DNA of 46,697 bases from a virus (Duplodnaviria > Heunggongvirae > Uroviricota > Caudoviricetes), in IMG/VR virus record IMGVR_UViG_2534681933_000025; one strand, 5' to 3'. Every line of letters begins with the position of its first letter. Positions within the stretch are counted from its first letter, which is position 1. The notes below the pieces were generated by a model, which ran no database searches, was not told the DNA's origin, and was given only the letters and a program-made list of their open reading frames with translations. Below, piece after piece: positions 26,751 to 37,199 of this stretch. Both the position numbers and the translations under genes were made by a program.

Positions 26751-28252
26751 TGGCAATTATTGATGATGTGATAGGCGTGTTTTCCCCCGGATGGAAAGCA
26801 GCCAGACTGCGTTCAAGGGCGTTAATCATGGCCTATGAGGCGGTGAAACCGACCCGGACACATAAAGCCCGGCGGGAAAATCGCTCTGCTGATCAGCTCA
26901 GTAAATACGGTGCGGTTTCCCTGCGGGAGCAGGCCCGTTTTCTGGATATCAATCATGACCTGGTGATTGGTGTGTTTGACAAGCTGGAAGAGCGGGTGAT
27001 TGGTGCCAGGGGAATTATTGTGGAGCCTCAGCCATTACGAAAAAACGGGGAAATGGCGGCAGAGCTGGCTGCGGATATCCGCCGGTTGTGGGCTGAATGG
27101 TCCGTGAGTCCGGATGTGACAGGGCAGTATACCCGTCCCGTGCTTGAACGTTTACTGCTGCGGACCTGGCTGCGGGATGGTGAAGTGTTTGCGCAGATGG
27201 TCAGTGGTGCGGGAAACGGTCTGGAACGGACGGCGGGAGTGCCATTCTGGCTTGAGGCGATGGAGCCGGATTTTGTTCCCATGCGCACTGATGAATCCGC
27301 CGGACTGAATCAGGGGGTTTTTCTTGATGAGTGGGGAAGACCGAAAAAATATCTGGTTTATAAAAATTATCCGGTCAGCGGCCGGCAGAGTGATACGAAA
27401 GAAATCGCTGCCGGAAAAATGATCCACCTGAAGTTCACTCGTCGTCTGCACCAGACGCGAGGCTCATCCATGTTATCGGGGGTGCTGATGCGGATCAGTG
27501 CCCTTAAGGAGTATGAGGATGCGGAACTGACAGCGGCGCGTATTGCTGCGGCGCTGGGACTGTATATCCGTAAAGGTGACGGACAGGACTATGAAGATCC
27601 GGGGAGCAAAGAGACCGAGCGGGAAGTCCATATCACCCCGGGTATTATTTATGACGATTTGCGCAAGGGCGAGGATATCGGCATGGTCAAATCTGACCGT
27701 CCCAATCCCAACCTTGAAACTTTCCGCAACGGCCAGTTGCGTGCAGTGGCAGCTGGCAGTCGTCTGAGTTTTTCCAGTGCGGCGCGTAACTATAACGGCA
27801 CCTACAGCGCCCAGCGGCAGGAGCTGGTCGAGTCCACGGATGGTTACCTGATCCTGCAGGACTGTTTTATTGGCGCGGTAACCCGCCCGGTGTACCGGAC
27901 ATGGCTGAATATGGTGGTTGCGGCAGGTCTGCTGAAAATTCCGGCGGATGTGGAGATGAAAACGCTATATAACGCGACGTATTCCGGTCCGGTGATGCCG
28001 TGGATCGACCCGGTTAAGGAAGCTGAAGCCTGGAGAATTCAGATCCGGGGTGGTGCAGCGACAGAATCTGACTGGGTGCGTGCCGGTGGGCGCAATCCGG
28101 ATGAGGTCAAACGTCGCCGCAAGGCTGAAATTGATGAAAACAGCAGACTGGGGCTGGTCTTTGATACTGACCCCGTCAACGACAAAGGAGGCAACAGTGC
28201 CGGAACTGAACGACAGTATCAGCGCGACACCGAAAGCCAGCATGAAGAATAA
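26750..28252 (+). CDS. B: Portal protein (lambda gpB family)
   Basis: 500 aa, position after W; lambda-type portal by synteny and size. Confidence 0.85.
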   Translation: MAIIDDVIGVFSPGWKAARLRSRALIMAYEAVKPTRTHKARRENRSADQLSKYGAVSLREQARFLDINHDLVIGVFDKLEERVIGARGIIVEPQPLRKNGEMAAELAADIRRLWAEWSVSPDVTGQYTRPVLERLLLRTWLRDGEVFAQMVSGAGNGLERTAGVPFWLEAMEPDFVPMRTDESAGLNQGVFLDEWGRPKKYLVYKNYPVSGRQSDTKEIAAGKMIHLKFTRRLHQTRGSSMLSGVLMRISALKEYEDAELTAARIAAALGLYIRKGDGQDYEDPGSKETEREVHITPGIIYDDLRKGEDIGMVKSDRPNPNLETFRNGQLRAVAAGSRLSFSSAARNYNGTYSAQRQELVESTDGYLILQDCFIGAVTRPVYRTWLNMVVAAGLLKIPADVEMKTLYNATYSGPVMPWIDPVKEAEAWRIQIRGGAATESDWVRAGGRNPDEVKRRRKAEIDENSRLGLVFDTDPVNDKGGNSAGTERQYQRDTESQHEE

Positions 28253-30221
28253 ATCCTGGTTCAGGATGCAGGCTGGGGGGCCGGGTGACGCGGATATTTA
28301 TATTTATGACGAGATTGGTTTCTGGGGAGTTACCGCGAAGCAGTTTGTCAGCGAACTGAATGCACTGGGTGATATCACCCACATTAATCTCCATATCAAT
28401 TCACCGGGTGGCGATGTCTTTGAAGGCATCGCCATTTTTAATGCCCTGAAAAATCAGGGGGCGACCATTACCGTGTATGTGGATGGCGTTGCCGCCTCGA
28501 TGGCATCTGTGATTGCGATGGCCGGTGATACGGTCATTATGCCGGAAAATGCCTTCATGATGATCCATAAGCCATGGGGATTCAGTGGCGGGGATGCTGA
28601 GGATATGCGCAGTTATGCCGATTTGCTGGATAAAGTCGAATCGGTACTGTTGCCAGCCTATGCGCAGAAAACCGGAAAAACCACCGATGAAATTGCCGCC
28701 ATGCTGGCGGATGAAACCTGGATGTCCGGTGCCGAATGTCTGGCACACGGATTTGCTGACCAGGTGACACCCGCTGTTGAGGCAATGGCATGTATTCAGT
28801 CAAAACGTACAGAGGAATTTAAAAAGATGCCGGAATCCATCCGAAACATGATTACTCCGCCACGCAACAGTGCCCCGCGTGATACCACAGTGACAATCCC
28901 TGCACCGGCGGTAACAGAACCATCACCGGTACCGGCAGTGTCTGATGAGGCGACCATTCGCGCCCGCGTTATGGCAGAACAGAAAGCCCGCATGTCAGGC
29001 ATTAACGATCTGTTTGCCATGTTCGGCGGTCGCTATCAGACGCTTCAGGCACAGTGCGTGGCTGATCCTGACTGTTCGCTGGAAATGGCCCGTGAACGAC
29101 TGCTGAATGAAATGGGCAAGGAGTCCTCGCCGACCAACAAAAATACACCGGCCCATATTTATGCCGGAAACGGCAATTTTGTGGGGGACGGGATCCGCCA
29201 GGCGATGCTGGCCCGTGCCGGATTTGAAAATGTCGAGAAGGATAACGCCTATAACGGGATGACCCTGCGTGAATGGGCTCGCATGTCACTGACGGAGCGC
29301 GGTATTGGGGTGGCCAGTTATAACCCCATGCAGATGGTCGGGCTGGCGCTGACGCACAGCACCTCTGATTTTGGCAATATTCTGCTGGATGTGTCGAACA
29401 AGGGGCTGATCCAGGGCTGGGAGGAATCAGAAGAAACCTTCCAGAAGTGGACCCGTAAGGGACGCCTGTCAGACTTCAAAACAGCGTATCGCGTGGGGAT
29501 GGGCGGTTTTGGTTCTCTGCGCCAGGTTCGTGAGGGGGCGGAGTATAAATACATCACCACCTCAGATCGCAAGGAGACCATTGCACTGGCCACTTACGGG
29601 GAGATTTTCTCCATCACCCGCCAGGCCATTATCAATGATGATCTGAATATGCTGGTGGACGTGCCGATGAAGATGGGGCGTGCGGCGAAGGCAACGATTG
29701 GTGACCTGGTCTACAAGGTGCTGACGGATAACCCGAAACTGTCCGACGGTAAGGCGCTGTTCCATGCCGATCACAAAAATATTGCCACCGGGGGGATCTC
29801 CGTTTCCGGACTGGATGCGGCCCGTCAGATGATGTGCCTGCAGAAAGAAGGCGATCGCGCCCTGAATATCCGTCCGGCCTTTATGCTGGTACCGGTGGCA
29901 CTGGAGACGGTGGCGAACCAGACCATCAAATCGGCCAGTGTGAAAGGGGCGGATGCAAACGCCGGTGTCATTAACCCCATCCAGAACTTTGCTGAGGTGA
30001 TTGCAGAAGCGCGTCTTGATGCGGCAGACCCGAAAACCTGGTATCTGGCGGCGGCACAGGGCACTGACACCATTGAAGTGGCCTGGCTGGATGGTGTGGA
30101 CACGCCATACATTGATCAGCAGGAAGGTTTCACCACTGACGGCATTGCCACAAAAATTCGTATTGATGCCGGTGTGGCACCGCTTGACTGGCGCGGACTG
30201 GTGCGTTCGTCGGTGGCCTGA
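28197..30221 (+). CDS. Prohead protease (ClpP/S49-like) fused to major capsid protein
   Basis: GTG with AGGAG SD; N-terminal ClpP-like segment (…INSPGGDVFEGIAIFNAL…VDGVAASMASVIAMAGD…), C-terminal large capsid-like domain; overlaps portal end. Confidence 0.75.
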   Translation: MPELNDSISATPKASMKNKSWFRMQAGGPGDADIYIYDEIGFWGVTAKQFVSELNALGDITHINLHINSPGGDVFEGIAIFNALKNQGATITVYVDGVAASMASVIAMAGDTVIMPENAFMMIHKPWGFSGGDAEDMRSYADLLDKVESVLLPAYAQKTGKTTDEIAAMLADETWMSGAECLAHGFADQVTPAVEAMACIQSKRTEEFKKMPESIRNMITPPRNSAPRDTTVTIPAPAVTEPSPVPAVSDEATIRARVMAEQKARMSGINDLFAMFGGRYQTLQAQCVADPDCSLEMARERLLNEMGKESSPTNKNTPAHIYAGNGNFVGDGIRQAMLARAGFENVEKDNAYNGMTLREWARMSLTERGIGVASYNPMQMVGLALTHSTSDFGNILLDVSNKGLIQGWEESEETFQKWTRKGRLSDFKTAYRVGMGGFGSLRQVREGAEYKYITTSDRKETIALATYGEIFSITRQAIINDDLNMLVDVPMKMGRAAKATIGDLVYKVLTDNPKLSDGKALFHADHKNIATGGISVSGLDAARQMMCLQKEGDRALNIRPAFMLVPVALETVANQTIKSASVKGADANAGVINPIQNFAEVIAEARLDAADPKTWYLAAAQGTDTIEVAWLDGVDTPYIDQQEGFTTDGIATKIRIDAGVAPLDWRGLVRSSVA

Positions 30222-30243
30222 TAACCGCGTTATCACAATCACT

Positions 30244-30262
30244 GCCCGAAAGGGCTTTTTTT
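30244..30262 (+). terminator. Intrinsic terminator/attenuator after capsid gene
   Basis: GCCCGAAAGGGC + TTTTTTT. Confidence 0.7.
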
Positions 30263-30308
30263 ATGCCTGAAAAACAGCCCCACTGGGGCTGTCCGGAGAA
30301 ACAGCATT

Positions 30309-30635
30309 ATGGCGAAAAATTTTGTACAGGACGGTACCACCATTGAACTGGTGAATGCCGGAGATCAGACCATCCTGAGCGGTGCTGCGGTGGTGGTCGG
30401 CAGTATGGTGGCCGTGGCCATTACCGATATTCCTGCCGGTGAGGCCGGTGACGGTTTTGCCGAAGGCGTGTTCCTGCTGCCCAAACAGTCTGCTGACGAC
30501 ATTCAGTCCGGCGCGGTGGTTTATCTGAAGGACGGGGTTGTGCAGCTGGCTGCAGACGGTGCGGTGGCCGCGGGGGTAGCCTGGGAAAATGCTCCTGCAA
30601 ACAGCGCCACTGTGGCGGTAAAAATCAATGTCTGA
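30309..30635 (+). CDS. Head-associated structural protein (FI/decoration position), hypothetical
   Basis: 108 aa Ala/Val/Gly-rich ORF between capsid and tail-completion genes. Confidence 0.45.
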   Translation: MAKNFVQDGTTIELVNAGDQTILSGAAVVVGSMVAVAITDIPAGEAGDGFAEGVFLLPKQSADDIQSGAVVYLKDGVVQLAADGAVAAGVAWENAPANSATVAVKINV

Positions 30636-30909
30636 CCTGTTTACGCGAATGTGTTGCCGGATGGACGGGGCGACCGTTCGGGTGATGGGCAAACAGGCGG
30701 AGATTAACGGCGTCGTGTATGACGTGATGCCGGAGGAAGAGTCCGCGGAGATGGGGGCGCTTTCGGGCAGCCAGTTGTCACTGGTGGTGTTTTCAGCCCG
30801 GTACCGTCCGGCCCGTCATGATGTTGTTGTGTTTGAGGGCCGCACACTGACGGTGACCCGTTATGACACGTACAACGGTAAACCCCGGATTTTTGTCGAA
30901 CAGGAATGA
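30628..30909 (+). CDS. Head-tail connector protein (FII position), hypothetical
   Basis: 93 aa ORF overlapping neighbours in structural operon. Confidence 0.4.
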   Translation: MSDLFTRMCCRMDGATVRVMGKQAEINGVVYDVMPEEESAEMGALSGSQLSLVVFSARYRPARHDVVVFEGRTLTVTRYDTYNGKPRIFVEQE

Positions 30910-31535
30910 GTATGGCAATAAAAGGTCTGGCGCAGGCCATGAAAAATCTGGATGCAATTGACCGCCGTGCCGTTCCCCGGGCTGCCGCCACGACACTTAA
31001 CCGTGTGGCGGAGTCCATCATCGCGAAAACGGCCTCTTCGGTTGCCAGGGAGCTGGCGGTTCCGCGCCGTCTTATCCGTGCCCGCATCCGGTTAAGTCCG
31101 GCACGACCGGATAAGGTTTACGCAAAGGTTTACATCAATACCGGCAACCTGCCCGCCATCAAACTGGGGGAGGCCCGCGTTCGACTTTCCCGCAGAAAAC
31201 AGAGAAAGAAAGGACAGCGTGCGGCCCTGAAAGGGGGCGGCAGTGTGCTGATTGTGGGGAAAAGACGGATCCCGGACGCCTTTATCACCCGGCTGGCTAA
31301 CGGACGCTGGCATGTGATGCAGCGTATGCCGTGGGCATCATCATCCACCGGCGCGGACAGCAAAGGGAGGCCGAAACGCCACCGTCTGCCGATCGAAGTG
31401 GTGAAGATTACGACTGCCGGACCGCTGGCAGAAACCTTTGAACGTGAACGGGACCGGATGTACCGGGAAAAATTACCGGCGCAGATGATGAAAGCCATGA
31501 CGCATCAGTTACGCCTGGTGCTGAAAAGAAAATGA
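30906..31535 (+). CDS. Z: Tail completion protein Z-like
   Basis: 209 aa basic protein immediately upstream of U; assigned by synteny. Confidence 0.5.
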   Translation: MSMAIKGLAQAMKNLDAIDRRAVPRAAATTLNRVAESIIAKTASSVARELAVPRRLIRARIRLSPARPDKVYAKVYINTGNLPAIKLGEARVRLSRRKQRKKGQRAALKGGGSVLIVGKRRIPDAFITRLANGRWHVMQRMPWASSSTGADSKGRPKRHRLPIEVVKITTAGPLAETFERERDRMYREKLPAQMMKAMTHQLRLVLKRK

Positions 31536-31547
31536 CTGGGAGGGTGT

Positions 31548-31946
31548 ATGAAACACCGTGAAATACGGGCGGCAGTTCTGTCTGCCCTGAAAGAAAATAT
31601 TTCTGAGAGGGTGAGCTGGTTTGACGGTCGCCCGGTTTTTATTGATGAACAGGAACTGCCTGCTGTTGCTGTTTACCTGACTGATGCGTCTGCTGCTGAC
31701 GAGTTCGTTGATGAGGGAACCTGGGAGGCGACACTGCATATTGAAGTTTTTCTCAGGGCAAAAGAACCGGACTCGGTACTGGATATGTGGATGGAAGAGA
31801 AAATTCTTCCTGCGCTGGAGGCGGTTCCCGGCCTCAGTGCGTTACTGCTGAAGATGAATCTTCAGGGGTATGACTACCGCCGGGATGATGAGTTTATGAT
31901 GTGGGGATCGGCAGATCTCCTGTGGAAAATTACCTACGAGATGTGA
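31548..31946 (+). CDS. U: Tail terminator protein U
   Basis: 132 aa; [11 protein letters not shown]... and ...YDYRRDD...ITYEM match lambda gpU from memory. Confidence 0.85.
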   Translation: MKHREIRAAVLSALKENISERVSWFDGRPVFIDEQELPAVAVYLTDASAADEFVDEGTWEATLHIEVFLRAKEPDSVLDMWMEEKILPALEAVPGLSALLLKMNLQGYDYRRDDEFMMWGSADLLWKITYEM

Positions 31947-31953
31947 GGACGAT

Positions 31954-32703
31954 ATGGCAACACCAAATCCTCTTGAGCCGGTGAAAGGTTCCGGTACCAC
32001 ACTGTGGGTGTACACCGGCACTGGTGATGCTTATGCAAACCCGTTGTCAGACGATGACTGGCAGCGACTGGCGAAGGTGAAGGATCTGACCCCCGGCGAG
32101 ATGACGGCGGAATCCTACGATGATAACTATCTGGATGATGAGGATGCTGACTGGGTATCCACCGGGCAGGGGCAGAAATCTGCCGGTGACACCAGTTTTA
32201 CGCTGGCCTGGAAGCCGGGCGAGAAAGGGCAGCGCGATTTGATTGCCTGGTTTGACAGCAGTGAGACCCGGGCCTACAAAATCCGCTTCCCGAACGGTAC
32301 GGTGGATGTGTTCCGTGGCTGGGTGAGCGCCATTGGTAAAGCGGTGACCGCCAAAGAGGTGATCACCCGTACGGTAAAAATCACCAATATCGGTCGTCCG
32401 TCGCTGGCGGAAGATCAGGGGGACATCACACCGGTCACCGGTATTACCGTGACGCCACCAACGGGCAATGTGGCAAAGGGTCAGAATATCACCCTGACCG
32501 TGGCTGTTCAGCCGGAAGGGGCGACGGATAAAACCTTCCGTGCCACGTCGGCAAATCAGAATTTTGCGACCATTACCGTGAAAGGGAACACGATCACCGT
32601 GAAAGGTGTTGCGGCAGGTAAAGCGCAGATCCCTGTGGTTACCGGCAATGGTGAGTTTGCGGCGGTGGCGGAGATCAACGTCACGGATGGCGCTGCAGGC
32701 TGA
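31954..32703 (+). CDS. V: Major tail protein V with C-terminal Ig-like domain
   Basis: 249 aa; strong match to lambda gpV (…[10 protein letters not shown]…[21 protein letters not shown]…[10 protein letters not shown]). Confidence 0.9.
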   Translation: MATPNPLEPVKGSGTTLWVYTGTGDAYANPLSDDDWQRLAKVKDLTPGEMTAESYDDNYLDDEDADWVSTGQGQKSAGDTSFTLAWKPGEKGQRDLIAWFDSSETRAYKIRFPNGTVDVFRGWVSAIGKAVTAKEVITRTVKITNIGRPSLAEDQGDITPVTGITVTPPTGNVAKGQNITLTVAVQPEGATDKTFRATSANQNFATITVKGNTITVKGVAAGKAQIPVVTGNGEFAAVAEINVTDGAAG

Positions 32704-32718
32704 GAGGGGAGATAAAGC

Positions 32719-33141
32719 ATGTTTCTGAAAACAGAACAATTTGAATATAACGGGGTGTCCGTCACGCTGTCGGAGCTGTCTGCGCTGCAGCGGTTTGATT
32801 ATATGAAGTTTGTTTCAGACGCAGCACAACAGGAGACAACGGAGCATAATGCCGTGCACATTAACCAGCGATATCTGGAAACGGCATCCCTGCTTGTGGC
32901 GATGTCGCTATGGCATTCCCATTCCCTCAAAGGCACTCTGGCCTCTCCGGAGACAGAGATGCAGCAGATCCGCCGTGAAGTGATGCTGGGATGGCCTGCT
33001 GATGCACTGAATCAGGCAACGAACCGGGTGCTTTATCTTTCAGGTATGCTGGATAACCGGCACGATGCCGATCCTGAACCAACCGGGAAAGCAGAAGCGA
33101 CAGAGCCGGTAACATCAAAAAAGCATTCGAAGGTGAGCTGA
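32719..33141 (+). CDS. G: Tail assembly chaperone G
   Basis: 140 aa; MFLKTEQFEYNGVSVTLSELSALQR matches lambda gpG. Confidence 0.85.
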   Translation: MFLKTEQFEYNGVSVTLSELSALQRFDYMKFVSDAAQQETTEHNAVHINQRYLETASLLVAMSLWHSHSLKGTLASPETEMQQIRREVMLGWPADALNQATNRVLYLSGMLDNRHDADPEPTGKAEATEPVTSKKHSKVS

Positions 33142-33476
33142 ACTTTGTCCTGAAACTGGCGCGTGAGATGGGGAGAGCCGACTGGCGCGCCATGCTTGCC
33201 GGGATGACATCCACCGAATATGCCGACTGGCGACGTTTTTACTGCACGCATTATTTTCAGGATACCCAGCTGGATATGCATTTTTCCGGGCTGACGTACG
33301 CCGTACTCAGCCTGTTTTTTTGCGATCCGGATATGCATCCGGCGGATTTCAGCCTGTTCGCTCCGGAGGCTGAGGAAGGGCAGGCGGAGACGCCGGACGA
33401 AAATGATGTACTGATGCAGAAGGCGGCGGGCCTCGCCGGTGGAGTCCGTTTCGGGGAGGAGGGAAGGAGGTTGTGA
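33117..33476 (+). CDS. T: T segment of G-T tail assembly chaperone, expressed by -1 frameshift from G
   Basis: Slippery heptamer A_AAA_AAG at 33117-33123 in correct phase near the G stop; -1 frame open through 33476. Confidence 0.75.
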   Translation, partial: KKAFEGELNFVLKLAREMGRADWRAMLAGMTSTEYADWRRFYCTHYFQDTQLDMHFSGLTYAVLSLFFCDPDMHPADFSLFAPEAEEGQAETPDENDVLMQKAAGLAGGVRFGEEGRRL

Positions 33477-33519
33477 CAGTTATTGATGGCATCAGAGGAC
33501 ATTTCAGGAGGTGACCACG

Positions 33520-36165
33520 ATGGCAGGTAATTTTGCCGATCTGACAGCCGTGCTGACACTGGATTCTGCCCGTTTTTCTGAAGAGGCAGCGCGGGTAAAA
33601 AAAGAGCTGGGTGAAACCAGTGCGCTTGCTGATTTGATGTCCGGGAAAGTCAGTCAGTCTTTCAGAAAACAGGCTGATGCTGCTGAGCAGAGTCTGAGCC
33701 GACAGGCGCTGGCGGCACAAAAAGCCGGGATATCAGTCGGACAGTATAAGGCTGCCATGCGCACACTGCCCGCACAGTTCACGGATATTGTCACTCAGCT
33801 TGCCGGTGGTCAGAATCCCTTCCTTATCATGCTGCAGCAGGGGGGGCAGATCAGCGATTCATTCGGTGGACCGCTCAGCCTGCTTACCCTGCTGAAGGAG
33901 GAACTTCTCGGGATCAGGGATGCCTCTGAATCATCAGAGGAGTCGCTGTCAGATACGGCAAATGCACTGGCTGAAAATGCCCGGAATGCCGGTGAGCTGG
34001 GACGATTTATGTCGGTGGCCCGTGTGGCGGCAGGTGGCGGGGTTGCCGTACTGGCCGCGCTTGCTGCCGCCGCCTGGCAGGCAGAGCAGGCTGACCGGGC
34101 CTTATTGCGTTCACTGATCCTGACCGGAGGGGCGGCTGCCACCACAACGGCAGAATTGTGGAAAATGGCCGGGGTGATCAGCGATGAAGCCGGTGGTGGT
34201 ATCAGACAGGCGGCAGAAAATCTGGCCCGTCTGGCAGAAAGCGGGAAATATACCGCCGGGCAGCTACGGATCATGGGGGAAACCTCTCAGAGATGGCTGC
34301 AGACGGTGGGGGACGATGCCGGGAAGGTGGAAAAAGCCTTTGAAGGGATTGCAGCAGATCCGGTGAAGGCGCTGGCCTCCCTGAATCAGCAGTATAACTT
34401 CCTGAGCGTTTCCCAGTTACGCCATATTGATGAGCTTGAGCGCACGAAAGGTAAACAGGCTGCGGTGACGGAGGCGATGTCCCTGTTTGCGGATGTCATG
34501 AATGCACGTCTGGAGCAACTTGATAAAGCGGCCACGCCGGTGGAAAAAATCTGGGACGATGTTAAAACCTGGACTTCTGACGCATGGGCATGGATAGGTG
34601 ATCATACACTGGGGGCACTCAGTCTGATCACTGACGTGGTGGCAGGAACCGTTGAACAGGTGAAGCTGCTGCTTGTGCAGGGGGATCTGGCGCTGGCTGA
34701 ATTTATTCAGTCAGCCTGGGAAACGACAAAGAATGTGCCCGGCGTTGGTGCGTTGTTTGGTGAACTGGCAGAAGAGAACCGCGTATTTATTGAGAAAACA
34801 AAACGCGATGAACTGGCGCTGAGAAAATCCATTGCGGAACGGGATGCGCGTATACGCCAGGGGGAAATGGGGTACATCAACCGCTCGCGTGCAACAGGCG
34901 TCAGCAAAGGTCCTGGGCAGCAGGAAGCCGTCAGCCGTCTGGCTGAAGAGCTGACAGGTAAAAAGCATACATCACCGAAAACGCGCTCTGCCGGGGAGAG
35001 GGAAGAGGAGCAGGCAAGAGAGGCTCTGCTTGCCCTTGAAGCTGAGCTCAGGACGCTGGAAAAACACAGCGGTGCGAATGAGAAAATCAGCCGGCAGCGC
35101 CGTGATTTATGGAAGGCGGAAAGTCAGTATGCGGTCCTGAAAGAGGCTGCCACGAAACGACAGTTATCTGAGCAGGAAAAATCCCTGCTGGCGCATAAAG
35201 ACGAGACGCTGGAGTACAAACGCCAGCTGGCTGAGCTGGGCGACAAGGTTGAATACCAGAAACGCCTGAATGAGCTGGCACAGCAGGCGGTGCGGTTTGA
35301 AGAGCAGCAGAGCTCGAAGCAGGCCGCCATCAGCGCAAAAGCCCGCGGTCTCACTGACCGTCAGGCGCAGCGGGAGTCTGAAGCGCAGCGTCTTCGGGAC
35401 GTGTACGGTGATAATCCGGCTGCGCTGGCGAAGGCCACATCGGCACTGAAGAACACCTGGTCTGCGGAGGAGCAGCTTCGTGGAAGCTGGATGGCCGGGC
35501 TGAAGTCCGGCTGGGGCGAGTGGGCGGAAAGTGCGACGGACAGTTTTTCGCAGGTTAAAAGTGCTGCCACGCAGACCTTTGACGGTATTGCACAGAATAT
35601 GGCGGCGATGCTGACCGGTGCAGAGGCAGACTGGCGGGGATTCACCCGTTCGGTGCTGTCCATGATGACAGAAATCCTGCTTAAACAGGCCATGGTGGGC
35701 ATTGTCGGGCGTATCGGCAGCGCCATTGGCGGTGCTTTCGGTGGTGGTGCATCTGCTTCCTCGGGGACGGCCATTGAGGCTGCGGCGGCGAACTTCCATT
35801 TCGCGACCGGGGGATTTACGGGGACGGGCGGCAAATATGAGCCTGCGGGGATAGTTCACCGCGGGGAGTTTGTTTTCACGAAAGAGGCAACCAGCCGGAT
35901 AGGTGTGGGGAATCTTTACCGTCTGATGCGCGGCTATGCGGAAGGTGGTTATGTGGGTGGTGCCGGAAGTCCGGCGCAGATGCGGCGGGCGGAAGGTATT
36001 AATTTTAATCAGAACAATCACGTGGTGATTCAGAACGACGGTATCAACGGACAGGCGGGGCCGCAGCTGATGAAGGCGGTGTATGACATGGCCCGCAAGG
36101 GGGCGCAGGATGAGCTCCGGCTGCAGTTGCGTGATGGCGGTATGTTATCAGGGAGCGGGCGATGA
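33520..36165 (+). CDS. H: Tail tape measure protein H
   Basis: About 880 aa, Ala/Gln-rich coiled-coil-like; ...LSRQALAAQKAGISVGQYKAAMR.LPAQFTD...QLAGGQ matches lambda gpH; ATG at 33520 with AGGAGG SD. Confidence 0.9.
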   Translation: MAGNFADLTAVLTLDSARFSEEAARVKKELGETSALADLMSGKVSQSFRKQADAAEQSLSRQALAAQKAGISVGQYKAAMRTLPAQFTDIVTQLAGGQNPFLIMLQQGGQISDSFGGPLSLLTLLKEELLGIRDASESSEESLSDTANALAENARNAGELGRFMSVARVAAGGGVAVLAALAAAAWQAEQADRALLRSLILTGGAAATTTAELWKMAGVISDEAGGGIRQAAENLARLAESGKYTAGQLRIMGETSQRWLQTVGDDAGKVEKAFEGIAADPVKALASLNQQYNFLSVSQLRHIDELERTKGKQAAVTEAMSLFADVMNARLEQLDKAATPVEKIWDDVKTWTSDAWAWIGDHTLGALSLITDVVAGTVEQVKLLLVQGDLALAEFIQSAWETTKNVPGVGALFGELAEENRVFIEKTKRDELALRKSIAERDARIRQGEMGYINRSRATGVSKGPGQQEAVSRLAEELTGKKHTSPKTRSAGEREEEQAREALLALEAELRTLEKHSGANEKISRQRRDLWKAESQYAVLKEAATKRQLSEQEKSLLAHKDETLEYKRQLAELGDKVEYQKRLNELAQQAVRFEEQQSSKQAAISAKARGLTDRQAQRESEAQRLRDVYGDNPAALAKATSALKNTWSAEEQLRGSWMAGLKSGWGEWAESATDSFSQVKSAATQTFDGIAQNMAAMLTGAEADWRGFTRSVLSMMTEILLKQAMVGIVGRIGSAIGGAFGGGASASSGTAIEAAAANFHFATGGFTGTGGKYEPAGIVHRGEFVFTKEATSRIGVGNLYRLMRGYAEGGYVGGAGSPAQMRRAEGINFNQNNHVVIQNDGINGQAGPQLMKAVYDMARKGAQDELRLQLRDGGMLSGSGR

Positions 36166-36491
36166 AAACATTTCGCTGGAAAGTGAAGCCGGATATGGAG
36201 GTGAACTCGCAGCCGTCGGTGCGTGAAGTGCGTTTTGGTGACGGGTACTCACAGCGTATGGCGGCAGGGCTGAATGCTGACCTGAAAACATACCGGGTGA
36301 CGCTTTCCGTGACCCGGGAGGAGGCCCGGCATCTGGAAGCGTTTCTGGCAGAGCACGGGGGCTGGAAGGCATTTTTGTGGAAGCCACCCTATGCATACCG
36401 GCAGATAAAGGTGACCTGTGCCGGGTGGTCTGCGCGGGTCGGGATGTTGCGCGTTGAGTTCAGCGCGGAGTTTAAGCAGGTGGTGAACTGA
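36162..36491 (+). CDS. M: Minor tail protein M
   Basis: 109 aa; MKTFRWKVKP...EFSAEFKQVVN matches lambda gpM. Confidence 0.9.
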   Translation: MKTFRWKVKPDMEVNSQPSVREVRFGDGYSQRMAAGLNADLKTYRVTLSVTREEARHLEAFLAEHGGWKAFLWKPPYAYRQIKVTCAGWSARVGMLRVEFSAEFKQVVN

Positions 36492-37189
36492 TGCAGGATA
36501 TTCACGAAGAAACTCTTAACGAGTCGGTTAAGTCAGAGCAGTCACCGCGGGTGGTGCTCTGGGAAATCGACCTGACGGTGCAGGGCGGTGAGCGGTATTT
36601 TTTCTGCAATGAGCTGAATGAAAAAGGGGAGGCGGTTACCTGGCAGGGGCGGGAATATCAGGCATACCCGATTGACGGCAGCGGTTTTGAGATGAACGGG
36701 AAGGGCAGCAGTGCCCGCCCGTCACTGACGGTGTCCAATCTGTTCGGTCTGGTCACCGGAATGGCGGAGGACCTGCAGAGCCTGGTGGGGGCCACGGTGG
36801 TCCGCCGCCGGGTGTATGCCCGTTTTCTGGATGCGGTGAATTTTGTGGCGGGCAATCCGGAAGCGGACCCGGAGCAGGAGCTGAGAGACCGCTGGGTGGT
36901 GGAGCAGATGTCAGAGCTGACGGCCATGACAGCCTCGTTTGTGCTGGCAACACCGACGGAGACGGACGGAGCGCTGTTTCCCGGTCGCATCATGCTGGCG
37001 AACACCTGTATGTGGGATTACCGGGGAGATGAATGCGGTTATCACGGTCCTGCGGTGGCGGATGAGTTCGACAACCCCACCACGGATATCCGTAAGGACA
37101 GATGCAGCAAGTGCATGCGCGGGTGTGAGATGCGCGGCATGGCGGTCAATTTTGGCGGTTTCCTTTCCATCAATAAACTTTCGCAGTAA
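36491..37189 (+). CDS. L: Minor tail protein L
   Basis: 232 aa, same length as lambda gpL; C-terminal Cys cluster. Confidence 0.85.
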   Translation: MQDIHEETLNESVKSEQSPRVVLWEIDLTVQGGERYFFCNELNEKGEAVTWQGREYQAYPIDGSGFEMNGKGSSARPSLTVSNLFGLVTGMAEDLQSLVGATVVRRRVYARFLDAVNFVAGNPEADPEQELRDRWVVEQMSELTAMTASFVLATPTETDGALFPGRIMLANTCMWDYRGDECGYHGPAVADEFDNPTTDIRKDRCSKCMRGCEMRGMAVNFGGFLSINKLSQ

Positions 37190-37199
37190 ATCCTGTTTT

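Noticed and set aside
33085-33091. Lambda-style GGGAAAG as the G-T slippery site
   Set aside because: Out of phase for X_XXY_YYZ in the G frame (reads GGG AAA G); the in-phase A_AAA_AAG at 33117 is preferred
33810-36021. Several minus-strand and alternative-frame ORFs within the tape measure gene
   Set aside because: Embedded in a strongly supported lambda gpH homolog; typical open antisense frames of GC-rich coding sequence
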